DNA of 64,000 nucleotides from Rhodanobacteraceae bacterium (GTDB lineage Bacteria; Pseudomonadota; Gammaproteobacteria; Xanthomonadales; SZUA-5). Shown one piece after another: positions 45,795 to 56,355 of the stretch (position 1 is its first letter; each line of letters opens with the position of its first letter). The position numbers and the translations under genes are program-made. The notes beneath the pieces are model-generated. The model ran no database searches, was not told the DNA's origin, and was given only the letters and a program-made list of their open reading frames with translations. The stretch covers positions 595 to 64,594 of the forward strand of contig JANNYA010000066.1 in NCBI GenBank assembly GCA_031409855.1. The letters are read 5' to 3'.

Positions 45795-45822
45795 AAAAAA
45801 CGGCCCGAAAGGGCCGTTTTTC
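45795..45822 (+). terminator. rho-independent terminator
   Basis: AAAAAACGGCCC-GAAA-GGGCCGTTTTT is a perfect GC-rich stem with a tetraloop and a T-tract. Confidence 0.85.
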
Positions 45823-45886
45823 GTTAGCTCTCTGTGTTTTAATAAACTTTGCCGAAGCCGTTTTGCTCACTCTATGACTACCAAAT

Positions 45887-46444
45887 ATGCGACCCATTGA
45901 GCAACACCTGATCTGGATCGACCTGGAAATGACCGGCTTGGATCCAGATGCCGATCAAATCATTGAAATAGCGACTTTGATCACCGACAGTGAACTCAAC
46001 GAACTAGCCGTCGGCCCCGAATTTGCGATTCAAACGCCGCTTGCCAAGCTGGAAGCGATGGATGATTGGAACCGCTCGCATCATGCTGCGTCTGGGCTTT
46101 GGCAGCGAACTTTGGCTTCAACGGTGACTTTGGCAATGGCGGAAGCGGCGACGATCGTTTTTTTGCGCGATTGGGTGCCTGCGGGTGTTTCCCCGATTTG
46201 CGGCAATTCCATTGGTCAGGATCGGCGCTTTTTAGCGCGCGGCATGCCGGAATTAGAGCGCTATTTTCACTATCGCAATTTGGATGTTTCTACCATCAAA
46301 GAATTGGCGAAGCGTTGGGCACCGGCGGTGGCGGCGGGTGTGGTGAAGCAAGGTGCGCATTTGGCGTTGAGTGATATCCGAGAATCGGTGGCGGAATTAC
46401 GTTACTACCGAAAGTTCATGGGTGTGCTGGGTGGCACTTTATGA
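45887..46444 (+). CDS. orn: oligoribonuclease
   Basis: [27 protein letters not shown] and [14 protein letters not shown] are the DEDDh exonuclease motifs. Confidence 0.95.
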   Translation: MRPIEQHLIWIDLEMTGLDPDADQIIEIATLITDSELNELAVGPEFAIQTPLAKLEAMDDWNRSHHAASGLWQRTLASTVTLAMAEAATIVFLRDWVPAGVSPICGNSIGQDRRFLARGMPELERYFHYRNLDVSTIKELAKRWAPAVAAGVVKQGAHLALSDIRESVAELRYYRKFMGVLGGTL

Positions 46445-46872
46445 AACAAATCAAGCGTCAAGCGATCATTGGCTGTCCAGCGGCGCTGATGTATAGCCTA
46501 GTCAATAATATCGAGGCCTATCCAGGCTGGTTTGAATGGTGCACGACGGCCAAATTAATTAGCGCTGCTGACGCGGAAATGACGGCGGAGCTGGGGGTGA
46601 AAATTGCCGGCATCAGCCTGAATTTCATCACGAATAACCAATTGGAGCCGGATCGCGCGATTCATCTGAATTTGCAAAGCGGCCCGTTTCGCTCGCTGAA
46701 AGGCGCGTGGCACTTTGATGCTTTGGGCACTTCGGGGTGCCGCGTGACGTTGGTGTTGAACATTGATTTCGCGGGTTCCGTGGTGAATTCTGCGGTCGCC
46801 GCAGCCGTTGGCGTGTGGGCGGACCGGATGGTGGATGATTTTATTAAGGTCGCGAAAAAGCATGTCGGCTAG
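46441..46872 (+). CDS. ratA: SRPBCC-family RatA/YfjG-like protein (ribosome-association toxin / ubiquinone-binding family)
   Basis: It is 143 aa with the typical [14 protein letters not shown] motif. The conserved pairing with rnfH downstream supports the call. Confidence 0.75.
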   Translation: MKQIKRQAIIGCPAALMYSLVNNIEAYPGWFEWCTTAKLISAADAEMTAELGVKIAGISLNFITNNQLEPDRAIHLNLQSGPFRSLKGAWHFDALGTSGCRVTLVLNIDFAGSVVNSAVAAAVGVWADRMVDDFIKVAKKHVG

Positions 46873-47179
46873 CATGCTATCCGTCGAAGTTGCCTACGCC
46901 AGCCCGGTGCGGCAATGGCTCGTGGCACTCACGCTGCCGTTAAATGCCACTGTTAGCGATGCCATCGCCGCTGCGAACTTGGCAAACTTGCCTGTTTTGG
47001 AGGGTAATGTGGGAATATTTGCGCGCAGTTGCCAATTGAGCGAAGTCCTCATGCAGGGTGATCGAGTTGAAATCTATCGCCCGCTGATTGCGGATCCAAT
47101 GGTTCAAAGGCGCACGCGAGCTGTTGTTGCGAAAAGATCGGCACTAAAAGCGGCGGCAGCAAAAAAGGTGGAACTATGA
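46862..47179 (+). CDS. rnfH: RnfH family ubiquitin-like protein
   Basis: The pattern is LSVEVAYASPVRQWLV...GDRVEIYRPLIADP. The start is at 46862 or 46874. Confidence 0.75.
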   Translation: MSASMLSVEVAYASPVRQWLVALTLPLNATVSDAIAAANLANLPVLEGNVGIFARSCQLSEVLMQGDRVEIYRPLIADPMVQRRTRAVVAKRSALKAAAAKKVEL

Positions 47180-48525
47180 CTCGAAAATATTTTGGCACCG
47201 ACGGTATCCGTGGCCGCGTTGGTACTCCGCCGATCACTGCGGATTTCGCGGTGCGTTTAGGGCGCGCTGCGGGCGTGGTATTTGGCGGTGGCAAATTAGC
47301 GCCGCGTGTGTTGATTGGGAAGGACCCGCGCAGCTCCGGCTACATGCTGGAAGCCGCACTGGAAGCGGGTTTATCCGCCGCCGGTGCGCGCGCGGTGCTG
47401 ACCGGGCCATTGCCCACGCCTGCGATTGCTTATTTGACGCGTACCCAAGGCGCGCAGGCGGGCATTGTCATTAGCGCCTCGCACAACCCTTATCACGATA
47501 ACGGCATTAAATTTTTCAACGCAAACGGGGAAAAGCTGGGCGACGACATTGAGCTGGCGATTGAGGCCGAGATCGATCAGCCTTTCAGTACTGTAAACCC
47601 TGAGCTTTTGGGTAAAGCGGAACGCCTGGAAGATGCGCGCGGACGCTACGTGGAGTTTTGCAAAAGCACGCTCAAGTCATCGGTCAGCAAGCTGCAGCCG
47701 ATGCGCATTGTCGTCGATGCCGCGAATGGCGCGGGTTTCCGGGTGGCACCTGCGGTGTTTCAGGAGCTGGGCTTTGAAGTGATTGCCATCGCCTGCGAGC
47801 CGGACGGCCTGAATATCAATAAGGAATGCGGCGCGACGGATTTGGCGCTGTTGCAGGCCAAGGTGCTGGAAACGCGCGCGGATTTAGGTGTGGCGCTGGA
47901 CGGCGATGGTGATCGGCTAATGTTGGTCGACCCGCAAGGACACGTCATCGATGGCGATGACATTGTCTATCTATTGGCCTGCCATTGGCGGCAAACGGGT
48001 CGGCTGAAGGGGCCGGTCGTGGGTACGGTGATGACCAATTTTGGTATTGAATTGGCGTTAAGCCGCGCCGGGATTGCGTTCTTGCGCGCCAATGTTGGTG
48101 ATCGATACGTGCTGGAACTGCTGAAATCCTCCGGCGGTAATCTCGGTGGCGAGGCCAGCGGACACGTGCTGTGTTTAGATCGTGCCAGCACCGGCGATGC
48201 GCTGGTCTGCGCGTTGCAAGTGTTGGAGGTGATGGCGGAAACCGGAAAATCACTTTCTGAGCTGCTATGTACGGTAGCGCGCGTACCGCAGACGATGATT
48301 AATGTAAAAATCGCCCCCGGTGCTAAGCCACTCACTCACGTGGATGTCGCTGCCGCGCTACTGCATGCGCAGGCCATGTTGCAGGGGCGCGGGCGCGTGG
48401 TTTTGCGCGCTTCTGGCACTGAAGCACTGGTGCGTGTGACGGTAGAAGGGGAAGACGCAGCTGAGGTTTTACGCATTGCTGAAACATTAAGCGAGGTGGT
48501 GAAACATGTATCCGAGAGACCGTAA
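47176..48525 (+). CDS. glmM: phosphoglucosamine mutase
   Basis: YFGTDGIRG, the active-site ISASHNP and DGDGDR are present. Its start overlaps the rnfH stop (ATGA). Confidence 0.95.
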   Translation: MTRKYFGTDGIRGRVGTPPITADFAVRLGRAAGVVFGGGKLAPRVLIGKDPRSSGYMLEAALEAGLSAAGARAVLTGPLPTPAIAYLTRTQGAQAGIVISASHNPYHDNGIKFFNANGEKLGDDIELAIEAEIDQPFSTVNPELLGKAERLEDARGRYVEFCKSTLKSSVSKLQPMRIVVDAANGAGFRVAPAVFQELGFEVIAIACEPDGLNINKECGATDLALLQAKVLETRADLGVALDGDGDRLMLVDPQGHVIDGDDIVYLLACHWRQTGRLKGPVVGTVMTNFGIELALSRAGIAFLRANVGDRYVLELLKSSGGNLGGEASGHVLCLDRASTGDALVCALQVLEVMAETGKSLSELLCTVARVPQTMINVKIAPGAKPLTHVDVAAALLHAQAMLQGRGRVVLRASGTEALVRVTVEGEDAAEVLRIAETLSEVVKHVSERP

Positions 48526-48683
48526 CACCCGTGCAACTGCAAGATTAGACGCGGGGCATTAATAATGAACACAACAAGACAAACAACTACATTTGACGGA
48601 CGCTTTCGCTGAGGCGAAAGTGTTAAAGTTCACCCCGCTTTTCAAGGCAGCACCCGCTGCTACAACACAATTGGAGAATCCAA

Positions 48684-49769
48684 ATGATTCGAAACACACT
48701 ATTTGCCGCTGTGGCAGTTACCTTGTACGCATCTGGCGCCGTGGCGCAAGATTTTGACAACCGTTTTTACTTGGTGCCGTCGATCGGCGCCGTTCACACT
48801 GATAGCAAACGTGACGCTGATAACGCAGGCATGATCGGTTTGGGCTTCGGCAAATTGCTGACACCAAATTTTTCGCTCGAAGCCGATATCAATCAATATA
48901 AAGCGGATCTGGATAATGGCCGCGGTGAATGGCGCGTGCGCGGTATCGATTTGGCCGGCCGTTTATTCTTTGGTGATGATGCTTCGGGCTGGCGCCCTTA
49001 TGCGCTACTCGGTTTGGGTACCGCGCGCAGCCATCGTGATGGTTCAAACAGCGGCAATGGTTTAGATTTCAAAACCGGTTTAGGCGTGCAAAGCCTATTC
49101 ACCGACCGTTTGAGCGGCCGTCTTGAAGCGATTTATCGTTACACACAAGACAATGATTCGATTCCAACCGATGATAACTACGCCGACTTTGTCGCCAATT
49201 TTGGCCTCGTCGTGGCATTGGGTGAGCGCACCAGCGCGCCAATGGTGAGCGAAGAAGCACGGGATTTAGGCACGCCGATGGCTGAAGAGCCAGTGGAAAC
49301 AGCGCCAATGGAAGAAACACCAATGCCGAACGACGATGATCGTGACGGCGTCGAAAATGCTGCCGATAAATGTCCGCAAACGCCTTCCGGTGAAATGGTT
49401 TCCAAATCGACCGGTTGCCCTGTAGAGGAAGTCATTGACCTACGTGGCGTCAATTTCGATTTCGATAAGTGCACCTTGCGTTCCGATGCCGTTGCTATTT
49501 TGAACAACGCGGTTGACGTGTTGAAGGGCAATGACATTGTCGTGGCCGTTGAAGGTCATACCGATTCCGTCGGTTCCGATGCGTATAACCAAAAGTTGTC
49601 TGAGTGCCGTGCCAACGTCGTGAAAACCTATTTGGACAACAACGGTGTTGCTGCAGGCAAAATCTCGGGCTCATCAGGCTCTGGCGAATCCAAGCCTATC
49701 GCTAGCAACGACACGGACGAAGGCCGCGCGCAAAACCGTCGTACCGAATTGGTACGTGAACGAAACTAG
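48684..49769 (+). CDS. OmpA-family outer membrane protein (N-terminal beta-barrel + TSP3-like Asp-rich linker + OmpA_C domain), MopB-like
   Basis: It has a signal peptide, the calcium-binding-type DDDRDGVENAADKCPQTP, and the OmpA_C motifs VEGHTDSVGSDAYNQKLSECRA and NRRTEL. Confidence 0.85.
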   Translation: MIRNTLFAAVAVTLYASGAVAQDFDNRFYLVPSIGAVHTDSKRDADNAGMIGLGFGKLLTPNFSLEADINQYKADLDNGRGEWRVRGIDLAGRLFFGDDASGWRPYALLGLGTARSHRDGSNSGNGLDFKTGLGVQSLFTDRLSGRLEAIYRYTQDNDSIPTDDNYADFVANFGLVVALGERTSAPMVSEEARDLGTPMAEEPVETAPMEETPMPNDDDRDGVENAADKCPQTPSGEMVSKSTGCPVEEVIDLRGVNFDFDKCTLRSDAVAILNNAVDVLKGNDIVVAVEGHTDSVGSDAYNQKLSECRANVVKTYLDNNGVAAGKISGSSGSGESKPIASNDTDEGRAQNRRTELVRERN

Positions 49770-49820
49770 TTCGCCAATGATGGTTTCAGGGTATTGAGAC
49801 CTGATTTGCTGAATCGATTG

Positions 49821-49858
49821 ACGCCCGCTGGATCCGTTCGGCGGGCGTTTCCGTATTT
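49821..49858 (+). terminator. probable rho-independent terminator after the ompA-like gene
   Basis: An 8-bp stem ACGCCCGC/GCGGGCGT with a 12-nt loop is followed by TTTCCGTATTT. Confidence 0.55.
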
Positions 49859-49875
49859 GAAGTGCTCATAACGGC

Positions 49876-50018
49876 GTTGAGAGACCATAGACATCGTCTT
49901 TGTGAGTTTTCAGCCTCAAAGCGGCTGTTGACAGACCATGAACTTCGTCTTTGCGCAGCGAAGCAATCTCGCACTTGAACCAACGCATTGAGATCGCTTC
50001 ACTACGTTCGCGATGACG
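49876..50018. repeat. intergenic repeat cluster
   Basis: Two 27-bp direct repeats (GTTGAGAGACCATAGACATCGTCTTTG and GTTGACAGACCATGAACTTCGTCTTTG) lie 51 bp apart. An imperfect inverted pair follows (GAAGCAATCTC / GAGATCGCTTC). Confidence 0.5.
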
Positions 50019-50054
50019 AAATTCGGATGCTCGGTGTAATTGAGAAAGGCAAAA

Positions 50055-51137
50055 ATGGAGACAAAAAGCAAATCAGCCCAGCGTTTGGAGCTGTTTGAGC
50101 ATATCGGTGCGCTAACGCGTATTGCGCTTGAAGGCGTTGAACTTGCGCCGATGCTGGATCGTATTGCGCACTATTTACATGAGCGCTTTAACGCGGCGTT
50201 GGTCGAAATCACGCTCAGCAATCCGGGCGATCAGGAAATGCTGATCTTGGCGCAGATTGGCAAAAGTGTTCTGGGTCTGGGCATAGGCGACGTTTTCCCG
50301 GTTGGCAAAGGCTTGACTGCAGAAGTCATCAGCACCGGCAAGCCAGTCTATGCCCCCGATGTAAGAGTCGCTGAAGGTTTTTTGCGTTCAAGCCCAAAAA
50401 GCTTAAGCAATTTGGTGCTGCCCCTGAATTTTCGTGGCCGGGTTTTGGGCGCAATCAATCTTGAGTCAAACAAATTAGACGGTTTCAAAGCCGAAACGCG
50501 CGTCATTTTAACCTCGCTCGCCGATCAATTGGCCGGGGCCGTCTATTGGGCGCAGCTCAACCAAACCTTGGCTGAGAAAACGCGCGAGCTGGAAACGCAG
50601 CGGGCGGAGCTGGCGCATGCAAATCGCAAGTTGAAATTGGCAAACGCCAAGCTGGAAAAAAGTGCGCTCAGCGACCCGCTAACCAGCCTGGCGAATCGCC
50701 GGGCTTGGGACAATCACGTCAAGCGCGAATTCGCCCGTGCCCAGCGCAGCCAGCGTAATTTGAGCGTTGCGATCATCGATGCTGACAATTTCAAGGCGTT
50801 TAACGACCGCTTTGGCCATGCAGCGGGGGATCGCACGCTTAAGCGCATCAGCGCCGTCCTGGCAAGATACACCCGGCGCAGTGGCGAGCTGGCGGCGCGG
50901 ATGGGGGGCGAGGAGTTCGGTCTATTGCTGCCCGAAATCGCGGTGGCGGAGGCAAAGCTGGTGTGTGAACGGCTTTTGGCGGAAATTGCCGAGTTAAAAG
51001 GCTGCACTACGATCTCTATTGGCCTGAAAAGTGCGGTGCCCACGGCACGTGGAACGGTCGAAAAATTTGTCGAATTGGCGGATCGGGCGCTGTATCAAGC
51101 GAAGCGCGCGGGGCGCAACCGCTTGGCGCTGGCCTGA
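50055..51137 (+). CDS. GAF domain + GGDEF diguanylate cyclase
   Basis: The N-terminal GAF-like domain shows VLPLNFRGRVLGAINLES. A coiled-coil linker follows, then DPLTSLANRRAW and RMGGEEFGLLL. Confidence 0.85.
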   Translation: METKSKSAQRLELFEHIGALTRIALEGVELAPMLDRIAHYLHERFNAALVEITLSNPGDQEMLILAQIGKSVLGLGIGDVFPVGKGLTAEVISTGKPVYAPDVRVAEGFLRSSPKSLSNLVLPLNFRGRVLGAINLESNKLDGFKAETRVILTSLADQLAGAVYWAQLNQTLAEKTRELETQRAELAHANRKLKLANAKLEKSALSDPLTSLANRRAWDNHVKREFARAQRSQRNLSVAIIDADNFKAFNDRFGHAAGDRTLKRISAVLARYTRRSGELAARMGGEEFGLLLPEIAVAEAKLVCERLLAEIAELKGCTTISIGLKSAVPTARGTVEKFVELADRALYQAKRAGRNRLALA

Positions 51138-51315
51138 AGTCATAGAAGCCCGCAAAATAGCGCTTAAACGCAGTTTTATCGCCGTGCACAATTGGCCGCA
51201 AAGCACATTAAAAACGTGCCCTATGTTAAACTCATCGGCTATCTGCGAGGGCCTTTAAGGCACACGGCTCTAGTCCTTCGCCCACTTAAAATTTACCGAA
51301 AAGGAATTCTGCCCC

Positions 51316-54039
51316 ATGGCTGAGTTCGCAAAAGAAGTACTGCGCGTCAACGTCGAAGATGAAATGAAACAAAGCTACCTGGATTACGCGATGAGCGTGA
51401 TCGTAGGTCGCGCACTTCCTGACGTTCGCGATGGTTTAAAGCCTGTGCACCGCCGCGTGTTGTTCGCGATGAAAGAGCTGGGCAATGATTACAACAAAAC
51501 CCGCATCAAATCCGCGCGCGTCGTCGGTGACGTGACCGGTAAATACCACCCACACGGCGATGTCGCGGTTTATGACACCGTGGTGCGCATGGCCCAGGAT
51601 TTCTCCTTGCGTTATTTGCTTGTTGACGGCCAGGGTAACTTTGGCTCGGTCGATGGTGATTCCCCAGCGGCGATGCGTTACACCGAAGTGCGCCTGACCA
51701 AATTAGCCGCAGAATTGCTGCGCGATATTGACCGTGACACGGTGAATTTCAAACCGAACTACGACGGTACGCTGGACGAACCGACCGTGTTGCCAACGAT
51801 GATTCCGAACTTGCTAGTGAATGGTTCGGCGGGTATTGCGGTGGGTATGGCGACCAATATTCCGCCGCAAAATCTAGGCGAAGTGATCGATGGCACGTTG
51901 GCATTGATGCAAAACCCGGAGTTGACGGTCGATGAGCTGATGAAGTTTATTCCCGGCCCCGACTTCCCAACGGCCGGAATCATCAATGGCATTGCGGGTG
52001 TGGTGGAAGCCTATCGTACGGGCCGCGGTCGAATCCATGTACGCGGCCGCGCCGACATCGAGCGCGATGGCAACCGGGAGCAAATCATCATCACCGAGCT
52101 GCCGTATCAGGTCAATAAAGCCCGGCTGATTGAGAAAATCGCCGAGCTGCACAAAGAAAAGCTGATCGAAGGCATCGCTGGCGATGGCCTTCGGGATGAG
52201 TCTGACAAAGACGGCATGCGTGTGGTGATCGATGTGCGGCGCGGTGAAAATGCCGAAGTGCTACTGAATAATTTATATCGCCAGACGCAGCTGCAAACCG
52301 TGTTTGGTATCAATATGGTGGCGTTGGTTGGCGGCCAACCCAAAGTTTTGAACCTCAAACAAATTTTGGAATGCTTTATCGCGCACCGGCGCGAAGTGGT
52401 GACGCGTCGCACCGTATTTGAGATTCGCAAAGCCAGGTCGCGCGCGCATATTCTGGAAGGTTTGACCGTTGCGCTGGCCAATATCGACGAGATGATCGAG
52501 TTGATCAAAAGCTCGCCGACGCCGGTGGAAGCGAAAGAACGCATGCTGGCGAAAAAATGGTCTCCAGGATTAGTCGCAGCGCTGTTAAACGGTGCCAGCG
52601 ACCGCACCCGCCCAGAAGATGCGAAGTTTTATGAGGGTTTGAGCGAAGCGGGCTATCAGCTATCCGAGATTCAAGCGAAAGAAATCCTGGAAATGCGGCT
52701 CGCGCGTTTGACGGGTTTAGAGCAAGACAAGCTCAGCCAGGAATACCAAGAAATCTTGCGCCACATTTTGGAGCTGTTCCGCATTCTGGACGAGCCAGAT
52801 CGCTTAAACGAAGTGATCACCGAAGAATTGAACGGAATCAAGACCAATTTTGCCGACAAACGCCGCACAGTAATCGAAACCTCACAAGCGGATTTGGAAG
52901 CCGAAGATCTAATTAAGCCGGAAGATGTGGTTGTTACTTTGAGCCACGCCGGTTACGTCAAGCGTCAACCCTTGACCGCGTATCGCGCGCAAAAGCGCGG
53001 TGGTAAGGGACGCAGTGCGACGAATTTGAAAGAAGAAGACTTTGTCGAGCGGCTTTGGGTGGTCAACACGCACGACACGCTACTGACCTTTACCAGTGCT
53101 GGCCGCGTGTTTAAAACCAAGGTCTATCGTGTGCCAGAGGCCAGTTCGGGCTCGCGTGGACGGCCGATTGTGAACTTGATTCCGATTGAGCCGGGCGAGA
53201 AAATCCAGGCGATATTGCCGATTCGCGATTTCACCGACGATAAATCGATCTGCTTTGCCACGCGTAACGGCGTGGTCAAAAAGACGGCGCTGAGCTTTTT
53301 CGCGAATGTTCGCAGCAACGGCATTCGTGCGATTGAATTTGATGAAGGCGATGGCTTAGTCGGCGTCGGCTTAACCGATGGCAACAGCGACATTATGCTG
53401 TTTGGTAGCAATGGCCGGGCAGTGCGTTTCAGCGAAGATGTGTTGCGCGAATTAGGCCGTACCGCGCGCGGCGTACGCGGCATGCGCTTTGATGATGATG
53501 GCAAGGTGGTGAGCTTAATCATCGCCGATTCGAAATTTGTCGCGGAAGACAACGACGGCGAAGAAGGCGATGCGGTTGAAGTTGCAGAAGTCGTTGACGG
53601 TGCTGAGGCAACAGAATTGCTGGATGCCGCCGGACCGCAAATCCTGACCGCCACCGAACGTGGCTACGGTAAGCGCACGCCGCTGCGCGCGTTCCCGCGC
53701 AAAGGCCGTGGTGGCAAAGGCGTGATCGCGATCAAGTGCAGTGATCGCAATGGCCCGCTGGTTGCGGCGATTCAAATCGATGACGTTGATGGGCTGATGT
53801 TGATCTCCGATCAAGGCACCCTGGTGCGCACCCGCGCTTCAGAAGTCGCCAAAGTTGGGCGCAACACGCAGGGCGTTACTTTGATGCGCATGGTGGATGC
53901 CGAGAAACTTATTGGCATTGTGCGCGTCGACAAAGAAGAAGCGCCCGAGTTGGATGATGAGGCACCGCTGGCCTCCACCGATAGTGCACCGCCGTCAAAC
54001 GCGCTGGATTTGAGCCCGGGCGGCGAACCTACAAGTTGA
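51316..54039 (+). CDS. gyrA: DNA gyrase subunit A
   Basis: It is canonical throughout ([28 protein letters not shown], active-site AAMRYTE). The QRDR reads [12 protein letters not shown]. Confidence 0.97.
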   Translation: MAEFAKEVLRVNVEDEMKQSYLDYAMSVIVGRALPDVRDGLKPVHRRVLFAMKELGNDYNKTRIKSARVVGDVTGKYHPHGDVAVYDTVVRMAQDFSLRYLLVDGQGNFGSVDGDSPAAMRYTEVRLTKLAAELLRDIDRDTVNFKPNYDGTLDEPTVLPTMIPNLLVNGSAGIAVGMATNIPPQNLGEVIDGTLALMQNPELTVDELMKFIPGPDFPTAGIINGIAGVVEAYRTGRGRIHVRGRADIERDGNREQIIITELPYQVNKARLIEKIAELHKEKLIEGIAGDGLRDESDKDGMRVVIDVRRGENAEVLLNNLYRQTQLQTVFGINMVALVGGQPKVLNLKQILECFIAHRREVVTRRTVFEIRKARSRAHILEGLTVALANIDEMIELIKSSPTPVEAKERMLAKKWSPGLVAALLNGASDRTRPEDAKFYEGLSEAGYQLSEIQAKEILEMRLARLTGLEQDKLSQEYQEILRHILELFRILDEPDRLNEVITEELNGIKTNFADKRRTVIETSQADLEAEDLIKPEDVVVTLSHAGYVKRQPLTAYRAQKRGGKGRSATNLKEEDFVERLWVVNTHDTLLTFTSAGRVFKTKVYRVPEASSGSRGRPIVNLIPIEPGEKIQAILPIRDFTDDKSICFATRNGVVKKTALSFFANVRSNGIRAIEFDEGDGLVGVGLTDGNSDIMLFGSNGRAVRFSEDVLRELGRTARGVRGMRFDDDGKVVSLIIADSKFVAEDNDGEEGDAVEVAEVVDGAEATELLDAAGPQILTATERGYGKRTPLRAFPRKGRGGKGVIAIKCSDRNGPLVAAIQIDDVDGLMLISDQGTLVRTRASEVAKVGRNTQGVTLMRMVDAEKLIGIVRVDKEEAPELDDEAPLASTDSAPPSNALDLSPGGEPTS

Positions 54040-54077
54040 TGTTTAAGTAATGATCTAAATAAAGTTTTCGCTAAATG

Positions 54078-54189
54078 AACCGTTCGCGCCTTTAGCTTGT
54101 CGAAGGGCAGAGCCGTACAGTTCCTAACGAAGCTGTAGCGTCACGAAGACTGACGCTACATGCTTCGACAGGCTCAGCACGAACGGTTT
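54078..54189. repeat. nested palindromic REP/MITE-like element (~112 bp)
   Basis: The outer arms are AACCGTTCGCGCCTTTAGCTTGTCGAAGG and the reverse complement of GCTTCGACAGGCTCAGCACGAACGGTTT. The inner stem is GTAGCGTCA...TGACGCTAC. Confidence 0.6.
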
Positions 54190-54279
54190 CCAGGATGATT
54201 GCCGCTTGTTAGCAATTCTGATTTGCCAATGATTTGCCAAAGCGGAACCGAAGTTTTCTTAAAGAGTAAATGCAATTTT

Positions 54280-56355
54280 ATGAGTAAGGTTTTGTTCCAG
54301 GCAGCGATATTTGCCAGTGCGGTTTGCCTTATGTCGATGCAAAGCATCGCTGCCCTGGCGTCAGCGTCAAAGGCATCGATGTCGCCTGCGCCATCAATGA
54401 CTTTGGCACGCGACGCGGTGTTGCCGCATGTGGTGTCCATTTTGGTGGTGCGCGAGGACTTTTCCGGTGGCGAAGCTCGGCTGTCGCTTTCCGGTGGCAC
54501 CGGCACCATCATTCGGGCCGACGGCTACATTGCCACCAACGCACATGTCACCGAAAGCGGACAGCGTTTTCGCGTGGTGCTCAACGACCAGCGTGAATTT
54601 CCGGCAAAACTGATCGGCACCGACGCGGTTAGCGATTTGGCGGTGCTAAAAATTGTTGCGCCTCCTGGCACGGTGTTTGGCTTTGCCAGCTTTAGCGCCA
54701 ACGTCAGCGATTTAAAGCCGGGCGATACCGTGCTGGCAATGGGCGCGCCCTGGGGCATGCGCGATTCAGTGAGCGCTGGCGTCATCAACAACGTCAATCG
54801 CTTAATGGTCAGCTTGTTTGAAGACGAGGCCGATTACGAGCAAAGCCTCAACGAAAGCCAAGCCACGGCACGCTACTATGCTTGGATTCAACACGACGCC
54901 TCGATTTCCCCCGGAAATTCAGGTGGGCCGCTTGTGGATCTGCACGGGCGAATTGTTGGCGTTAACACCCGAGGTAACGTTTTCGGTGGCGACATGGCGT
55001 TTTCCATTCCTGCGCCGATAGCACGCAGTGTGGTTGATACCTTGATCGCCAATGGCAAAGTCACGCGCAGCGATTTTGGTTTTGGCGTGCGCAGCTTGCG
55101 TGGCACTGGGCTTGCGGCTGGCGCATTGATTAGCGATGTCGATCGGGGTTCGGCGGCAGATAAAGCCGGCCTAAAGCCCGGGGATCGTTTGCTTAGCCTG
55201 GATAACGTTGTGGTCAATTTGTTGGAGCCGGAAGCCATCCCTAGTTTTCGCCGCGAATTGACAGAGCGCAAGGTTGGCGCGACGCTGGCGATGCAAATAG
55301 ATCGTGAAGGGCAAAAGCGCACAATCAACGTGCTTTCGATTGAACAACTCGACGCCAAGCCGCGCGAAATCGAAATTCCGCATTTCGGCGTCAGCGTGAT
55401 CGAAGTGACAGCCAACGTCGCGCGTGCGCGCTACTTAGAAAGCACCGACGGCGTGCTGGTGCAGGGTTTGCGTACCGGTGGCCCGGCCGCAACCGCACAG
55501 CCTGCAATATTGGCTGGGGATCGTATTACTAGCGTGAATGGGCAGCTCGTCAAAACACTCAGTGATTTTGAACGCTTGGCCGGAACCCTGGCGGATGGCG
55601 CGGAAACTGGCGTGCCACTGACGATTAGCTTGAATCGGCGCGGTCAAAGCCTTTTGGCGCTGATCACCCCGGCGCCAAAACGCCTGATTCCACCGGTCAA
55701 TCCTGAACTTGATAAAGCCTGGGCGGGCTGGGAAGTGCAGCCGGTGCCAAGCACTTTGGCGGCGCAGTTGCAGCTTGCTGAAGGTGGGTTTCGGGTCACG
55801 CGGGTCTATCCAAAGGGCCCGGCCATGGCCGCGGGCATAAAAGTGGGTGATCTGATTACCGCCACTGGCGATAACCCAGTCAAGCCCAGCGGACTTAAAG
55901 AAACCAGCGCGCTGGATTTGCGCGTGCGCAACGCCGAGCGTAATCAACTATTTGCAGTAACGGTAATGCGCGGCGCTAAGCCGATGGCGTTCAATTTAAA
56001 TTTAGTTGAAGAACCCAAGCCAGCCGAAAAAACGGATCGACTATGGAACGACACGCTCAGCGTCACCCTGCGCGCGATTACTTTTTATGATCGTATCGAG
56101 CGGCAACTAAGCGAAGATCAACAGGGCGTAATCTTAGAGCGCATCGAAAATGGTGGTTACGGTGGCTTGGCACATTTGCGCGAGAACGACTTGCTGGTGC
56201 GGTTAGGCGCGGTCGCGGTCACTGATCTTGCCGGCTTTGAAGCGGCCCTCACGGCTGCTGAAAAATCCGGTGTCGACAAATTAAGTTTCCTCGTGATGCG
56301 CGGCGCTGAGACGCGCTTGCTGTTTGTCGATGCGCCTTGGCGTGAGGTGAAGTAA
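54280..56355 (+). CDS. secreted trypsin-like (S1C-type) serine protease with 3-4 PDZ domains
   Basis: The signal peptide is MSKVLFQAAIFASAVCLMSMQSIAALASA. The triad contexts are TNAHV, SDLAVLKI and GNSGGPLVD. Four PDZ-like GD-loop segments follow (GLKPGDRLLSL, ILAGDRITSVNG, GIKVGDLITATG, LRENDLLVRLG). Confidence 0.85.
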   Translation: MSKVLFQAAIFASAVCLMSMQSIAALASASKASMSPAPSMTLARDAVLPHVVSILVVREDFSGGEARLSLSGGTGTIIRADGYIATNAHVTESGQRFRVVLNDQREFPAKLIGTDAVSDLAVLKIVAPPGTVFGFASFSANVSDLKPGDTVLAMGAPWGMRDSVSAGVINNVNRLMVSLFEDEADYEQSLNESQATARYYAWIQHDASISPGNSGGPLVDLHGRIVGVNTRGNVFGGDMAFSIPAPIARSVVDTLIANGKVTRSDFGFGVRSLRGTGLAAGALISDVDRGSAADKAGLKPGDRLLSLDNVVVNLLEPEAIPSFRRELTERKVGATLAMQIDREGQKRTINVLSIEQLDAKPREIEIPHFGVSVIEVTANVARARYLESTDGVLVQGLRTGGPAATAQPAILAGDRITSVNGQLVKTLSDFERLAGTLADGAETGVPLTISLNRRGQSLLALITPAPKRLIPPVNPELDKAWAGWEVQPVPSTLAAQLQLAEGGFRVTRVYPKGPAMAAGIKVGDLITATGDNPVKPSGLKETSALDLRVRNAERNQLFAVTVMRGAKPMAFNLNLVEEPKPAEKTDRLWNDTLSVTLRAITFYDRIERQLSEDQQGVILERIENGGYGGLAHLRENDLLVRLGAVAVTDLAGFEAALTAAEKSGVDKLSFLVMRGAETRLLFVDAPWREVK

